From Deltaproteobacteria bacterium (GTDB taxonomy: Bacteria; Desulfobacterota; Desulfomonilia; UBA1062): a stretch of 64,000 nucleotides of DNA. A program made the translations under genes and the position numbers. Shown here in pieces: positions 54,361 to 64,000 of this stretch (position 1 is the first letter of the stretch; every line of letters starts with the position of its first letter). The DNA lies in assembly GCA_018433775.1 (NCBI GenBank), contig JAHDQN010000057.1, positions 66,121 to 130,120 of the forward strand, in the 5' to 3' direction. The notes under the pieces are model-generated. The model saw nothing but the letters and a program-made list of their open reading frames with translations. It did no database searches and was not told where the DNA came from.

Positions 54361-55443
54361 TCAGAAGCCGAACTTGAGTCCGAGTACGTACCTGCGGTCG
54401 CTGTGCTGCCCTGCGTAGGTGCCCACCTCTTCGGCATAGGTGAGCAGGTCGAGCTGGACGTACCGGGCATCGATCTCCAGGCCGAGCGTGATGTATCCCT
54501 GATAAAGGCCCCCACGCAGGGTTAAGAGGTTCTCGAATGTATATTCGGCACCAATCCTGATTCTCTTGCCCGGGTCATCCTCGTCATCGATCATGCCCGC
54601 CACATCAAAATAATCCAATGCAAGAACCCAGGAATCCACGTAAGCTGTCAATCCGATGTCTACATGCTCCTCAAGATCTCGTGCATCGTCCATGTCCGAC
54701 CCGATGAGATTGTTGGCGCTCAGGCCCATCTGAAAAATAACGTTCTTTTGCCCGATGGCAATCTCTTCGAACCGGTAGATAAAACCGACGTCGAGCAGAG
54801 TCCCGTAGCCGTCCTGCACGTCGTCTTCCACCAGATCATCAAAATTGTCGCTGGTGATGTCGGGCACGGTGTATTCCTCGTTGAGGCTCTGGCGCACGAC
54901 GTACTTCAGGCTGGCGCCGATGGAAAGCGCGTCATCAAAAAAGGCGTGTGCATATCCCAGAGCAGCGCCTGCATCTGAAGTGCTGTCAACCACGATGCTG
55001 GGGTACTGGTAGTTCCGCGCGATGAAATTGGTCTTGGCCGTGCCGAATATGCCGAAGGCGAAGTGGGGCCTTATGTAATAGGGAAAGACCGCAGCAGATG
55101 CATGGGAGTATTCGCCGATATAGTCCCTCAGGAATTCCGCCACCTCAAGCTCGTTGTCGGTGTCGACGTCGAGGATATCGGTGTAGGCGTCGTAAGCACC
55201 CTGTCCCACTTCCGCCTCGACGGAGAAGAGCACGAGCCTCCGGTCCGGTACATGGGAGAGGCCGGCCGGGTTATAGAACAGGGCGTTCTGGTCATTCGAC
55301 ACGGCCACGAACGCGCCCCCCATTCCCAGAGGCCGTGTACCCCGGTAGATATAGTTGTACTCATTCGCATGCAGTATGGATGAAACGAGTATGGGTATGA
55401 GCAAAGGAAAGCAGCACAGAAGTTTTTTCATCGTATCCCCCAC
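54361..55443 (-). CDS. Putative outer-membrane beta-barrel protein (FadL/PorV-like fold?), unknown function.
   Basis: 360 aa. Signal peptide MKKLLCCFPLLIPILVSSILHA. Alternating amphipathic strands, aromatic-rich, C-terminal ...LGLKFGF ending in Phe. Confidence 0.45.
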   Translation of the reverse strand: MGDTMKKLLCCFPLLIPILVSSILHANEYNYIYRGTRPLGMGGAFVAVSNDQNALFYNPAGLSHVPDRRLVLFSVEAEVGQGAYDAYTDILDVDTDNELEVAEFLRDYIGEYSHASAAVFPYYIRPHFAFGIFGTAKTNFIARNYQYPSIVVDSTSDAGAALGYAHAFFDDALSIGASLKYVVRQSLNEEYTVPDITSDNFDDLVEDDVQDGYGTLLDVGFIYRFEEIAIGQKNVIFQMGLSANNLIGSDMDDARDLEEHVDIGLTAYVDSWVLALDYFDVAGMIDDEDDPGKRIRIGAEYTFENLLTLRGGLYQGYITLGLEIDARYVQLDLLTYAEEVGTYAGQHSDRRYVLGLKFGF

Positions 55444-55461
55444 TTCATTCTCTCCGAGCGG

Positions 55462-56478
55462 CTACTCGGCGGAGAGACTAATCGCAAGATTATGAACACC
55501 GGCAGTGGTCATGGTCGAGATGATGTCATTCTCATCGAGCTCGGAAATGGTCGCGCCTTCCCTGTCCAGGACACAGGCGAGGAAGTCCTGGAGGGCATCA
55601 CGAACGTCGTTCTGCTCGGGAGTGGCCCTGTCGAAGGCCTGCACTGCATCGTAAACATCGATCAGGTCCCTCTGGTAGGTATTCAATAACAGGAGGCCGA
55701 GATTCTCTTCTCGGAAGGCCTCTCCCTTAAGCATACTCAATGTGTTTTGATCAAAAGAAAACCTTTCCTCGCGGTAATAGCGATAGGCCTCTGTGTTGAT
55801 CGGCACCGGAACCAGGCCGGGGACGTGTTTCTCAGGATCCTGGTTGGCAAGCGACTTGTTGAGCCCATCAGCAACCCGGGTACCGGTGTAATAAACAAAA
55901 TGGGTCGCCGACGCCACGCCCAGTTGGATTTCATCGTCGAGTGTGTGCCTGTTGGTGTCCTTCAGCACACGCAGTACATACTGCGCCTCTTCGAGGTTGT
56001 CGATAAGATCTCCCATGCAGTGGCCGTCAATGAACTGGGCATTCAGATATTCCGCATTATCCGGGTCTGTTTCGTCGAGGAAGATGAGCACGGTTCTGTC
56101 TTCTGCAGTGCACATGCTCTCATTGTTGTTATCCTCCGGTATAGGCGCAGGAAAGAGGGAAAGGGACTCCTGGACCATATCGAAATCTCCCTGCTCGACC
56201 AGTCCGGAGTATCTGATAAGACTGACGAAATCGACACCCGCCCTGCCCATATAGGCAGAACTGAGAAGCCTCGATACCCGCGGGTCGGGGCTGGTAGTGT
56301 TATAGACTTCAGTCAGCAGTAGGACGGTTGTGGCATAATCCTGGTCATCCAGGGCAATGGCCGCCTCTTCAATAATCGCATCATGGCTGGAATCGTCCGA
56401 TATACCCTCAAAAGTGCTGTCATTGCTGCACCCGGATAAGAAAAGGAACAGGACCAGCATCGTGGTGATTGTCTTCAT
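55462..56478 (-). CDS. Acidic lipoprotein of unknown function. Start at MKTITTMLVLFLFLSGCS (AGGAGG Shine-Dalgarno upstream); the track ORF starts at 56922.
   Basis: Lipobox FLSGCS. 338 aa, Asp/Glu-rich. No recognised domain. Confidence 0.5.
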   Translation of the reverse strand: MKTITTMLVLFLFLSGCSNDSTFEGISDDSSHDAIIEEAAIALDDQDYATTVLLLTEVYNTTSPDPRVSRLLSSAYMGRAGVDFVSLIRYSGLVEQGDFDMVQESLSLFPAPIPEDNNNESMCTAEDRTVLIFLDETDPDNAEYLNAQFIDGHCMGDLIDNLEEAQYVLRVLKDTNRHTLDDEIQLGVASATHFVYYTGTRVADGLNKSLANQDPEKHVPGLVPVPINTEAYRYYREERFSFDQNTLSMLKGEAFREENLGLLLLNTYQRDLIDVYDAVQAFDRATPEQNDVRDALQDFLACVLDREGATISELDENDIISTMTTAGVHNLAISLSAE

Positions 56479-57135
56479 TCCAATCCTCCTGCATAAACGA
56501 ACACCGTAATTTTCCCGAATTCCCCGGATAAACATATCACGAATGTGCAAATTATACGCCATTATAGCCGGTTCTCGTTTCATGTCAAAAGGTTTCCTTG
56601 TCGAAACCGGACATTCTCTGGGAAATCTGTTCTGGGAAGAGTGATGTGTTTCCCCGGATATCCTGCGGGAGGGGGTGTTGTTCGCCGGTAAGGTCATTGG
56701 ACGATGTTCATCGAAAGGGTAGGCCGCCCGTTCTTGGAGGGGGCAGCAAAGGGATAGGGATATGCGGCTTGCTGCATTCTGACAATGCAGGGCAGGCTTT
56801 TCCGGAGCTTGAGAAATCTTGTGATGGAAAATCTTTTTCCGATAATGGGTAAAAGTTTTCATAGAACCTTGGACTATGGTGACGGGGAATGGGATAAAAT
56901 GTATACAACAGTGAACAGACAAAAGAATATTTTTTCAGAGATTTTATGTGGAGAATCCCATGATCGTGAAGGGCGTTTCATGTGTGTGCAGGTCCTGGGA
57001 TATGCCGGAATAGTTATTGCATTTATCCAATAATAAATTATGTTTGTAGGGTAATGATAATTCACTCAGGTGAACAATTGATTGGCCGCGGTCAATGATT
57101 CCGGTACACGGTATGCCGGTCGGGAGACATGGGGA

Positions 57136-59577
57136 ATGAGGATAAAATCTCTTGGGTCGTTTCTGATATCGTGCGGCGTGATGGCGCTTCTTTCGTCATG
57201 TTCGGGGAGCAGCAGCAGTGATGAGGCCATTGCCGAGAAATCCATCTACGATCCCGGTGTCTCTGTAGCAGCCGTCGGCTTTGATGAAGCGTGCGAGATC
57301 GGTCTTTTTCTCGTGGACGAGCAGGGCAATCTTTTCCCCTTGAAAGACGGCGATCATGTGGAGCCCGGGAGCAGGACCCTTGCGGTAGAAACCTCGTGCG
57401 GGCCATCCGCTATTGATAGGGTGTATGTCTCAGACGGGTCGGGATACCGGGAGGAGGCACTGCCTAAGGACGGCCGTTTCGTGTGCGAATTCGCCGTGAG
57501 CGAGGAAGATCTCTACCAGGTGGTTCTCGTTCAGGCCATTCATCCCGGCGGGAGGGCGAGCAAGGAGAAGATCGTCCTCTCGACGAGCCGGCCACTGCCT
57601 GTGGACTCGTATATCAGGAACGGTGTGGGGATTCTGGCGTCACAGATGCTGCTCGATCTACAGAAGCAGGATCTTGCTGCCGTGCTGGATGAAAGGATAG
57701 GCGAGGCCTTCGATTCGCTGAACCGGCAGGGGGCGTCGTTCATAACCGGGCTCTCGTATGGAGACAGCAATCATGACACCCCCGATATCGTGGTGCACAC
57801 CCTCGAGGCCGTGCATCTCGACGAGCTGCCCTCAGCGGTTCTCCGTCTGCAGTTTACCGTGAAAGACGTTTCACTCTCGATCCTGCCTGTCTACGGACAG
57901 CCCTTCGTGTCCACGGGCTCGAACGATCTCCTGGTCGAAACCTGCATTGCCGTTGAAGGCGCGGGCCTGAACGGTGATGTGCGCCTGGTGTTCGACCTCC
58001 TGGATTCGGCCGGAGTAGCTTTCTCGCAGCCCTTTTTCTTCCATCGTGTTGTCGAGCGCGCAATCGCCTCCGAGCTCGGGCGGATCGAGCTCCCCCCGGT
58101 TGCGTTCGACCCCGCCGAAACCGGATACGAAGCTGCGGACCTGCTTCCCGGAAGCATCCGGGTATTCGGGGCGGAAAAGGATGTGCCGGGACTGTTGGGA
58201 GGATTCGAGTCCGATCTCGACACATATGTCTTTGCGGATGTCTACGGCATCCCGGAGGCAACCGGCCCCGGAGTAATCGCCCTGGGACTCGGCCTCTCTT
58301 CACAGGCCCGTGAGGACGTAGCCTGGGCGTCTCCCCCTGGTGCGGCGCCCCTGAACCCCTTCGACATGGAGGAAAAGTTCAACGATTTGTTCGGCTCTGC
58401 CATCGATGAGGTGTTCGAAGCCATCAGGCAGGAGAACTCGGATCTGATCACCAGCCTGAGCTACGGCGACGGCGACCCGGCTACGGATGATTTCACCATC
58501 AAATCCCTGGCCTTTCACGATTCGGGTTCAAACCCGGATGTGAAGACCGCGACGATCCGCTTCACCATAGAGCAGGTGGACATGGAAGCGGTGTCCCTGT
58601 TCGGGATTCCGCTTATCACAACGCAGGGTAACGATCTCAACATCGATGCGACCTTTTTAGTCGAATACCGGGAAGACCAGGCAGGGAAAATGATTGTCCT
58701 GGATACCCAGTCCGTGCAGGATGTAGCCTTTGCCGAACCTTTTGATTACGATTATCCTCTCGTGGATGAAAAGGGAATGGTGGAAGACATGATCAGGACG
58801 GATCTGGAGGAAATGGCAGCCCGCGAATACGATGCCGGCGAGATGATCGAGGGGTTCGATATCGGGCTCGATCTTTCCGGCTCTTCCCTCGCAACCGGAC
58901 CGTATGCGGTGTTCCCGGACCTGTATCCTGTCTGCCATGATCCCGGCTGGCTGCTCGCCTTGCCGGATACCTCAAGCTTGAGCCTCGCCCTTTCACAGAC
59001 AGTCGTCAACCAGCTCCTGGCAGACAGTATCGACCTGCAGGACGAGTGGGATGTATACGAGCTTGTCAACACGCTTCTGGGAGAAGAATTTCCAGGATTC
59101 AGACAGGGGCGCTCGACCTCTGAGCAGACAGTCATGCGCCTGAGCGTACCGCCCGCCATCGATCTGAGAGGCTCCCGGATACGGCTTGAAGTCCCTGACA
59201 TCGTTTTTCAATACCGGACAGGAGACATGCCGCAGTGGGAGGCATCAGTGGACTTGTGTATGATCATAGCCCCTTCAGCCGATGGATACCGGCTCGACAT
59301 CGACCTTTCCCGCGTACCCGGGAAGAGCCGCTTCCACGTGATGAAGGACAACCCGGGCAATCTCGGCATCTTCGACCATTCTTCGCTGGCTGAAGACATC
59401 ATGGGCAGCCTGCCCGAACTGATGGGCGGTTCGGGCGACGCTCCATTCCTGTCGTTCGAGCTCGATGCCTGGGAGCCCGCCCTGGTGTTCGAAGACCGGA
59501 ACGAGCCGATGAGCGTATCGGCTGGAGGCGGATATCTCTACCTCGATATGGCGGTTTCTGGCCTGGATTTCCTCTAG
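57136..59577 (+). CDS. Large acidic lipoprotein with an internal tandem-duplicated domain of about 130 aa, unknown function. Start at MRIKSLGSFLISCGVMALLSSCSG; the track ORF starts at 57082.
   Basis: Lipobox LLSSCS. Repeat A (...EAFDSLNRQGASFITGLSYGDSNHDTPDIVVHTLEAVHLD...VYGQPFVSTGSNDLLVETCIAV...VAFSQPF) and repeat B (...EVFEAIRQENSDLITSLSYGDGDPATDDFTIKSLAFHD...LFGIPLITTQGNDLNIDATFLV...VAFAEPF) are clearly homologous. Confidence 0.5.
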   Translation: MRIKSLGSFLISCGVMALLSSCSGSSSSDEAIAEKSIYDPGVSVAAVGFDEACEIGLFLVDEQGNLFPLKDGDHVEPGSRTLAVETSCGPSAIDRVYVSDGSGYREEALPKDGRFVCEFAVSEEDLYQVVLVQAIHPGGRASKEKIVLSTSRPLPVDSYIRNGVGILASQMLLDLQKQDLAAVLDERIGEAFDSLNRQGASFITGLSYGDSNHDTPDIVVHTLEAVHLDELPSAVLRLQFTVKDVSLSILPVYGQPFVSTGSNDLLVETCIAVEGAGLNGDVRLVFDLLDSAGVAFSQPFFFHRVVERAIASELGRIELPPVAFDPAETGYEAADLLPGSIRVFGAEKDVPGLLGGFESDLDTYVFADVYGIPEATGPGVIALGLGLSSQAREDVAWASPPGAAPLNPFDMEEKFNDLFGSAIDEVFEAIRQENSDLITSLSYGDGDPATDDFTIKSLAFHDSGSNPDVKTATIRFTIEQVDMEAVSLFGIPLITTQGNDLNIDATFLVEYREDQAGKMIVLDTQSVQDVAFAEPFDYDYPLVDEKGMVEDMIRTDLEEMAAREYDAGEMIEGFDIGLDLSGSSLATGPYAVFPDLYPVCHDPGWLLALPDTSSLSLALSQTVVNQLLADSIDLQDEWDVYELVNTLLGEEFPGFRQGRSTSEQTVMRLSVPPAIDLRGSRIRLEVPDIVFQYRTGDMPQWEASVDLCMIIAPSADGYRLDIDLSRVPGKSRFHVMKDNPGNLGIFDHSSLAEDIMGSLPELMGGSGDAPFLSFELDAWEPALVFEDRNEPMSVSAGGGYLYLDMAVSGLDFL

Positions 59578-60425
59578 ATATACGGGATTTTTCTCCTGCC
59601 GACCCCGGGCTGGTTGAATCCTCCATTGCGTCAGCCATCCTGGCGCTGTGCAAAAATGCACTTTAACCGGAAAAACTATTTCTTCCACACGGGCACAGCG
59701 GGCGGGGAATGAGAGGGCCCTGCCGCCTGCAGTGCTCACCCCCTCAGAAGCAGGGCAACTTCCCTGCAAGTCGCACGTTAATCAACGGTATAGTCTTCAA
59801 TGGCGAGCCTTATCGCGTGATTCCCAGGGGGCAAGTTTCAAGGAGAATGTTATCCACCTGTTTCGTCTTTTACCAAACGTTCACGGGAGGAGGATGAAAG
59901 CTGGAGACGTTGGTCCCTGCTATCCTTAGTGCCGGACATTCTCGTGATATGTGATCTCTGAAATGCATAAAGAGGGAAATTTCTGTTGCAAATATTTGAG
60001 AACTTGTTAGAGTAATGACGGTTCATTATTATTAAATGATATGGAGATTTGAAGGGATGAGACAGAGTGTATCCTGTTTGGGCAAAGGGGTTTCGCCATG
60101 GCAGAATCTTTCTTTGCGTACGCCTCTGAATACTGCAGTGGTAAACAGAGGCTTGCCGAAAAAGCAGCCCCCTGCATTGGAGTCCTGAGATCCCGGGGCG
60201 GCGGCTCGCATTGTGGTGGTTTGTCACTTAAGGGTTAGTGACGAGGAGGCGGAGCAACATTTCCGCCGTTTGCTGTTCCCATGGAGACCAGGGCTTGCCT
60301 TTGAGTCCATGCCGTTGAACGAGGCCGTATCGGTATTGCAGTTGCCGGGGAAGACCCGGATTGAGAGGCTGCCGGGGCGGTCCGTGATTCCCTGGGCAAT
60401 CTCGGATTGAGGGGAAAGGGGAGGT

Positions 60426-62855
60426 ATGAAAAAAATTATTCGGTTCAGCGTGCATCGCCCCTGGTGGGTGATCGGCATTGTCCTGTGTATCACCGGGTTT
60501 TTTCTCACGCAGGTCCCCCGGGTGAAGATCGATCCCCGGGTAGAGATTGTCCTGAAGCAGAACAACCCGGTCGAGGCGGTGTACAACAGGAACAAGCAGG
60601 AATTCGAGTCGTACGCGGACATTCTCATCGGAATGCTTCACACCGATGTCTACAACCCCGGTTCACTGGAGAAGATCTGGAAGATCACCCGGGAGGTGGA
60701 AGATCTCGAAGGAGTGAAAAAGGTCACCGGCATTCTCAATGTGAAGAATATCACGGGCAGCGAGGGCGGTTTGGATGTGAGCCCCCTGGCTGAAGAAGGG
60801 GAGGTCCCGTCTTCCCGGGAAGAACTGCTGGAGCTGAGGGAAAAGGCTGCATCCTGGGGGGTGTACGAGGGGGTGTATGTCACGGCCGACGGAACGGGAA
60901 CGGCGCTGTCGGTGGTGCTTGACGGCACCGTGGAGACCGACGATATCGTGCCCATCTACTACACCCTGCTGGATATCGTGGAAAAGTACGAGGGGCCCGA
61001 GGAGTTCTTCATATCCGGCCCTACGGTGGTCGAGGCGCTGCAGGGGCATTATATGATCAAGGACCTGAAGCTCCTGGTGCCGTTGGTCAACATCGTGCTG
61101 CTCGGGTTTCTGTTTCTGTTTTTCCGGAATTTCCGGGGCATGGTGCTGCCCCTGCTTGCCGTGGGAATCGGGTCCATCTGGACCATCGGCCTGATGTCCC
61201 TGCTCGATGTCCCGCTTACTATGGTCACGAGCGTGCTCCCGGTGGCGCTCATCGCCGTGGGCTCGGCCTACGGCATTCATGTTCTGGAAAACGTGTTTTC
61301 CGACGCCGAAGAAGGGAGAACAGGCTCATCCGGGATCACTGCCTCCGTCACTCGGGTGAGCCTGCCCGTCATCATGGCCGGGCTCACCACCATAGCATCG
61401 TTCATGTCGCTGTGCACCTCGGCCATTGTTCCCCTGAAGCAGTTCGGCGCCCTGTCGGGCTTCGGACTGCTCGTGGCGGTCGCGATATCGCTCACATTCG
61501 TTCCGGCAGTGCTCTCCGTAGCGGAATCCAGGGGGTGGAAGTACCGGTCTCACCACCATTCGAACAAGGATCTGATCGGTCCGGCGCTGGGATTCTTCTC
61601 GCGTACCAGCCTCACCAGGAGCCGGCTCATCCTGGGAATCAGCCTGATGCTGTTCGTCCTGTCGGCAGGGGGCGGGCTCCTGGTGAAGAGCGACCTGAAC
61701 CTCATCGAAGACTTCCGCACGGGCAGCCCCATCCGGGTGGCCGACGAGATTCTCAACGACAAGTTCGGCGGCACGTCGCTGTTCAACGTGGTGCTCGACA
61801 GCATGGAGCCGGACGACATCAAGGACCCTGCGGTATTGCGGGAGATGGATACCCTCCAGAACAGGCTCATGGGCATGGAGGATATCGGCAAAGCGGTATC
61901 CGTGGTGGACTTCATCAAGCGGATGAACCAGGCCATGCACGAGGGCGATCCTGCATACTATACCATTCCGGAGTCACAGGAACTCGTGGCCCAGTATCTC
62001 CTGCTCTTCTCGTTTTCGGGCGGGAGCGGCGAGCTGGACAGCTTCGTGGACTTCGACTACAGCAGCGGCCAGATCCTGCTGCAGATGAAGTCCCAGAGCG
62101 GATACCTGGCCCAGGACGTGGTGGATGAGGTCAATGATTATCAGGAACGCGAGCTCGAGAGCCCGCGGATTGCGGGAATATTCACCACCGGCCTTTCCAT
62201 GCTGGCAAAGGAATTCAACCGCCTGGTGGTACAGAGCCAGGTCAGGAGCTTCACGGTCTCGTTCATCCTGGTGATCCTCATCGTTTCGGTGATGTTCAGG
62301 TCGATCAAGCTGGGATGCTACAGCGTGGTGCCGCTCGTAGTGCCCATTGTCCTGAACTTCGGAATCATGGGGGTCACTGGCATCAAGCTCAACGCCGCAA
62401 CAGCCATCATCGCGAGTCTGGCAATCGGGATCGGAATCGACTATTCCATCCATTTTCTGAGCCGCTACCGGCACGAGATCCGCCTGCATGAGAGCGTGGA
62501 AAAGGCCATCGAGACATCGCTCAACACCTCGGGAAGGGCCATTCTCTACAATGCCCTGGCCGTGGCGGCCGGGTTTCTGGTGCTCGTGCCGTCAAACTTC
62601 GTCATCATCAGCCAGCTGGGTATACTCGTGGCCCTGGTCATGATCACCACCTCCCTGGCCTCCATCACCCTGCTGCCGGCCATACTCAAGATATTTCCAC
62701 CGAAGCTGGCCGAGGAAAGGCCCAGAGCCCTCGCTCCGGTGTTACCCTTGCATACATCCACTTCCGGTGTTCAAAACGGGGAGGAAAATGTGGTAGGGTA
62801 TACGGGCAAGGCAGTGAATACACAATCGAACAGGAGGGTCGAACATGAAATATAG
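60426..62855 (+). CDS. MMPL / RND-superfamily exporter (COG1033, HpnN-like), 12-TM with two periplasmic loops.
   Basis: 809 aa. N-terminal TM plus periplasmic loop, then two SSD-like 5-TM bundles (LLVPLVNIVLLGFLFLFFRNFRG...; ...SFILVILIVSVMFRSIKLGCYSVVPLVVPIVLNFGIMG). Confidence 0.8.
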   Translation: MKKIIRFSVHRPWWVIGIVLCITGFFLTQVPRVKIDPRVEIVLKQNNPVEAVYNRNKQEFESYADILIGMLHTDVYNPGSLEKIWKITREVEDLEGVKKVTGILNVKNITGSEGGLDVSPLAEEGEVPSSREELLELREKAASWGVYEGVYVTADGTGTALSVVLDGTVETDDIVPIYYTLLDIVEKYEGPEEFFISGPTVVEALQGHYMIKDLKLLVPLVNIVLLGFLFLFFRNFRGMVLPLLAVGIGSIWTIGLMSLLDVPLTMVTSVLPVALIAVGSAYGIHVLENVFSDAEEGRTGSSGITASVTRVSLPVIMAGLTTIASFMSLCTSAIVPLKQFGALSGFGLLVAVAISLTFVPAVLSVAESRGWKYRSHHHSNKDLIGPALGFFSRTSLTRSRLILGISLMLFVLSAGGGLLVKSDLNLIEDFRTGSPIRVADEILNDKFGGTSLFNVVLDSMEPDDIKDPAVLREMDTLQNRLMGMEDIGKAVSVVDFIKRMNQAMHEGDPAYYTIPESQELVAQYLLLFSFSGGSGELDSFVDFDYSSGQILLQMKSQSGYLAQDVVDEVNDYQERELESPRIAGIFTTGLSMLAKEFNRLVVQSQVRSFTVSFILVILIVSVMFRSIKLGCYSVVPLVVPIVLNFGIMGVTGIKLNAATAIIASLAIGIGIDYSIHFLSRYRHEIRLHESVEKAIETSLNTSGRAILYNALAVAAGFLVLVPSNFVIISQLGILVALVMITTSLASITLLPAILKIFPPKLAEERPRALAPVLPLHTSTSGVQNGEENVVGYTGKAVNTQSNRRVEHEI

Positions 62856-63639
62856 ATATGCCATGATATCAGTCCTTGGCGTGCTGGCCGCCGGAGCCTT
62901 TGTCCTCACGGGCCAAGTTCCGGCTCTGAGCGCGGAGATGAGCGCCTATGACATCGTGAAGAAGTCCGAGGAGCTTACGGACCAGGCCAATGACAGCACG
63001 GCCGACATGACCATGATCCTCTTGAACGACAAGGGCCAGAAGCGCGAGAGAAAGCTCAGCGCCTTTGTGAAGAAATATAGCGAGGACAGCTCCAAATCAA
63101 TCCTGTTCTTCGACTCGCCTGCCGACGTGAAGGGCACGAGCTTCCTGGTGTGGACCGAAAACAAGGAGGACAAGCAGTGGCTCTACCTCCCGGCACTGCA
63201 GCGGGTGCGCCAGATCAGCGCCAGCGGCAAGGGAGAGAGCTTCATGGGCACGGAGCTCACCTTTTTCGACATGGGTAGTCACGATGTTGACGACTATACC
63301 TTCACCATGCTGGGCGAGGAGCCGGTCGACGGCGAAGACTGCTACCAGATCGAGGCCCTGCCCAAAGAGATGGAGTTCTATAGCAAGATCATCTTCTGGA
63401 TTCGCAAAAGCAACTTCATCCCGGCAAAGGCCGACTTCTACGATCCCAAGGGCCGGTACGAAAAGCAGGGCACCTTCACCCAGGTCAAAAACATCCAGAA
63501 CATCAACACCCCCATGCACATCGAGATGCACAACGTGCAGAACAACAGGACCACGATCATCGAGCTGGGCAACGTGGTCTATGACACCGGGCTCAAAGAT
63601 GCTATATTCACCGAGAGGTACATGAAAAGGGGCAAATGA
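62845..63639 (+). CDS. Outer-membrane lipoprotein-sorting (LolA-like) periplasmic partner of the MMPL exporter.
   Basis: 264 aa with a signal peptide. YLPALQRVRQISASGKGESFMGTELTFFDM resembles the LolA_like family usually encoded next to COG1033 exporters. 11-nt overlap with the upstream gene. Confidence 0.65.
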   Translation: MKYRYAMISVLGVLAAGAFVLTGQVPALSAEMSAYDIVKKSEELTDQANDSTADMTMILLNDKGQKRERKLSAFVKKYSEDSSKSILFFDSPADVKGTSFLVWTENKEDKQWLYLPALQRVRQISASGKGESFMGTELTFFDMGSHDVDDYTFTMLGEEPVDGEDCYQIEALPKEMEFYSKIIFWIRKSNFIPAKADFYDPKGRYEKQGTFTQVKNIQNINTPMHIEMHNVQNNRTTIIELGNVVYDTGLKDAIFTERYMKRGK

Positions 63640-64000
63640 GGGAAGGCTGCGGGGGAAGGAATGCACAAGGGCGGTTCAGCCCCGGCAAGTATGATTATTG
63701 CTGGTTTCTTTCCGCGGCCTGTCTTGCGGATAACCCGGGCAAGGGACATTGCGCTTCGAGTGTTCTTTTCCAAGGCCCCGCTCGAGCAGATGAGAGTTGT
63801 ATCCGGGTTTGATCCACCTTCCGGGGTCTGCTGAGGAAGACGTTGGAAGATGGCCCCACATTCGCAGCCGCTTGCGGTTTTTAAAGTTGGACCGAAGGAT
63901 CGGGCCTTAAGATATACCATGGATCGGTATTGCATGATGGGATGAAAACTCAGAGACCGCTCTTTCCTCTGAGCAGGGGAGGGGCGGATGAGAGGGGCAC

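Noticed and set aside
1-64000. Searched by eye for CRISPR-like arrays, IS/transposase or integrase genes, and rRNA.
   Set aside because: None found. The only direct repeats are the flagellin relic versus fliC and the within-protein duplications (2,3-dehydratase, lipoprotein 57136..59577, paralogous GT2+TPR genes). Neither tRNA has an adjacent integrase or recombinase.

Overview
64 kb of high-GC chromosomal DNA with a deltaproteobacterial-type gene content. The ends of the window hold housekeeping genes: pheA-hisC, a PBP-type transpeptidase, surE-rnc, era-der, ptsH-ptsI, smpB, tldD, sppA, nth and a TrpB2-like enzyme. The centre (about 6.9-28.1 kb) is a motility locus. It contains flagellin fliC with a textbook sigma-28 promoter, flaG and an unusually long fliD. 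Immediately upstream sits a tightly coupled nine-gene minus-strand operon (6939..20851). I read this operon as a flagellin-glycosylation island. It is bracketed by two paralogous, outward-facing GT2+TPR glycosyltransferases. It encodes a 1598-aa multidomain glycosyltransferase (unknown N-terminal domain, WbsX-like domain, two GT2 domains, TPR). It also encodes a deoxy-aminosugar toolkit of the kind seen in antibiotic deoxysugar pathways: an EvaA-like NDP-hexose 2,3-dehydratase, a Gfo/Idh/MocA oxidoreductase, a DegT aminotransferase, a GNAT acetyltransferase, an ATP-grasp ligase, a D-2-hydroxyacid dehydrogenase and a class-I aminotransferase. There is no Wzx/Wzy, ABC exporter or priming phosphotransferase, which argues for cytoplasmic protein glycosylation rather than a surface polysaccharide. 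A roughly 96-nt relic of a second flagellin gene lies between the island and fliC. Two tRNAs are absent from the ORF track: tRNA-Pro(GGG) and a tRNA-Sec (selC, anticodon UCA). Other notable points are an rnc-era operon split by a radical-SAM gene plus two sensor kinases, a CheD-HDOD fusion protein, a lone PTS IID-like gene next to ptsH-ptsI, an MMPL/RND transporter with its LolA-like partner, and several lipoproteins of unknown function. No CRISPR array, transposase or integrase was seen. Coordinates of features not taken from the ORF track may be off by 1-2 nt.
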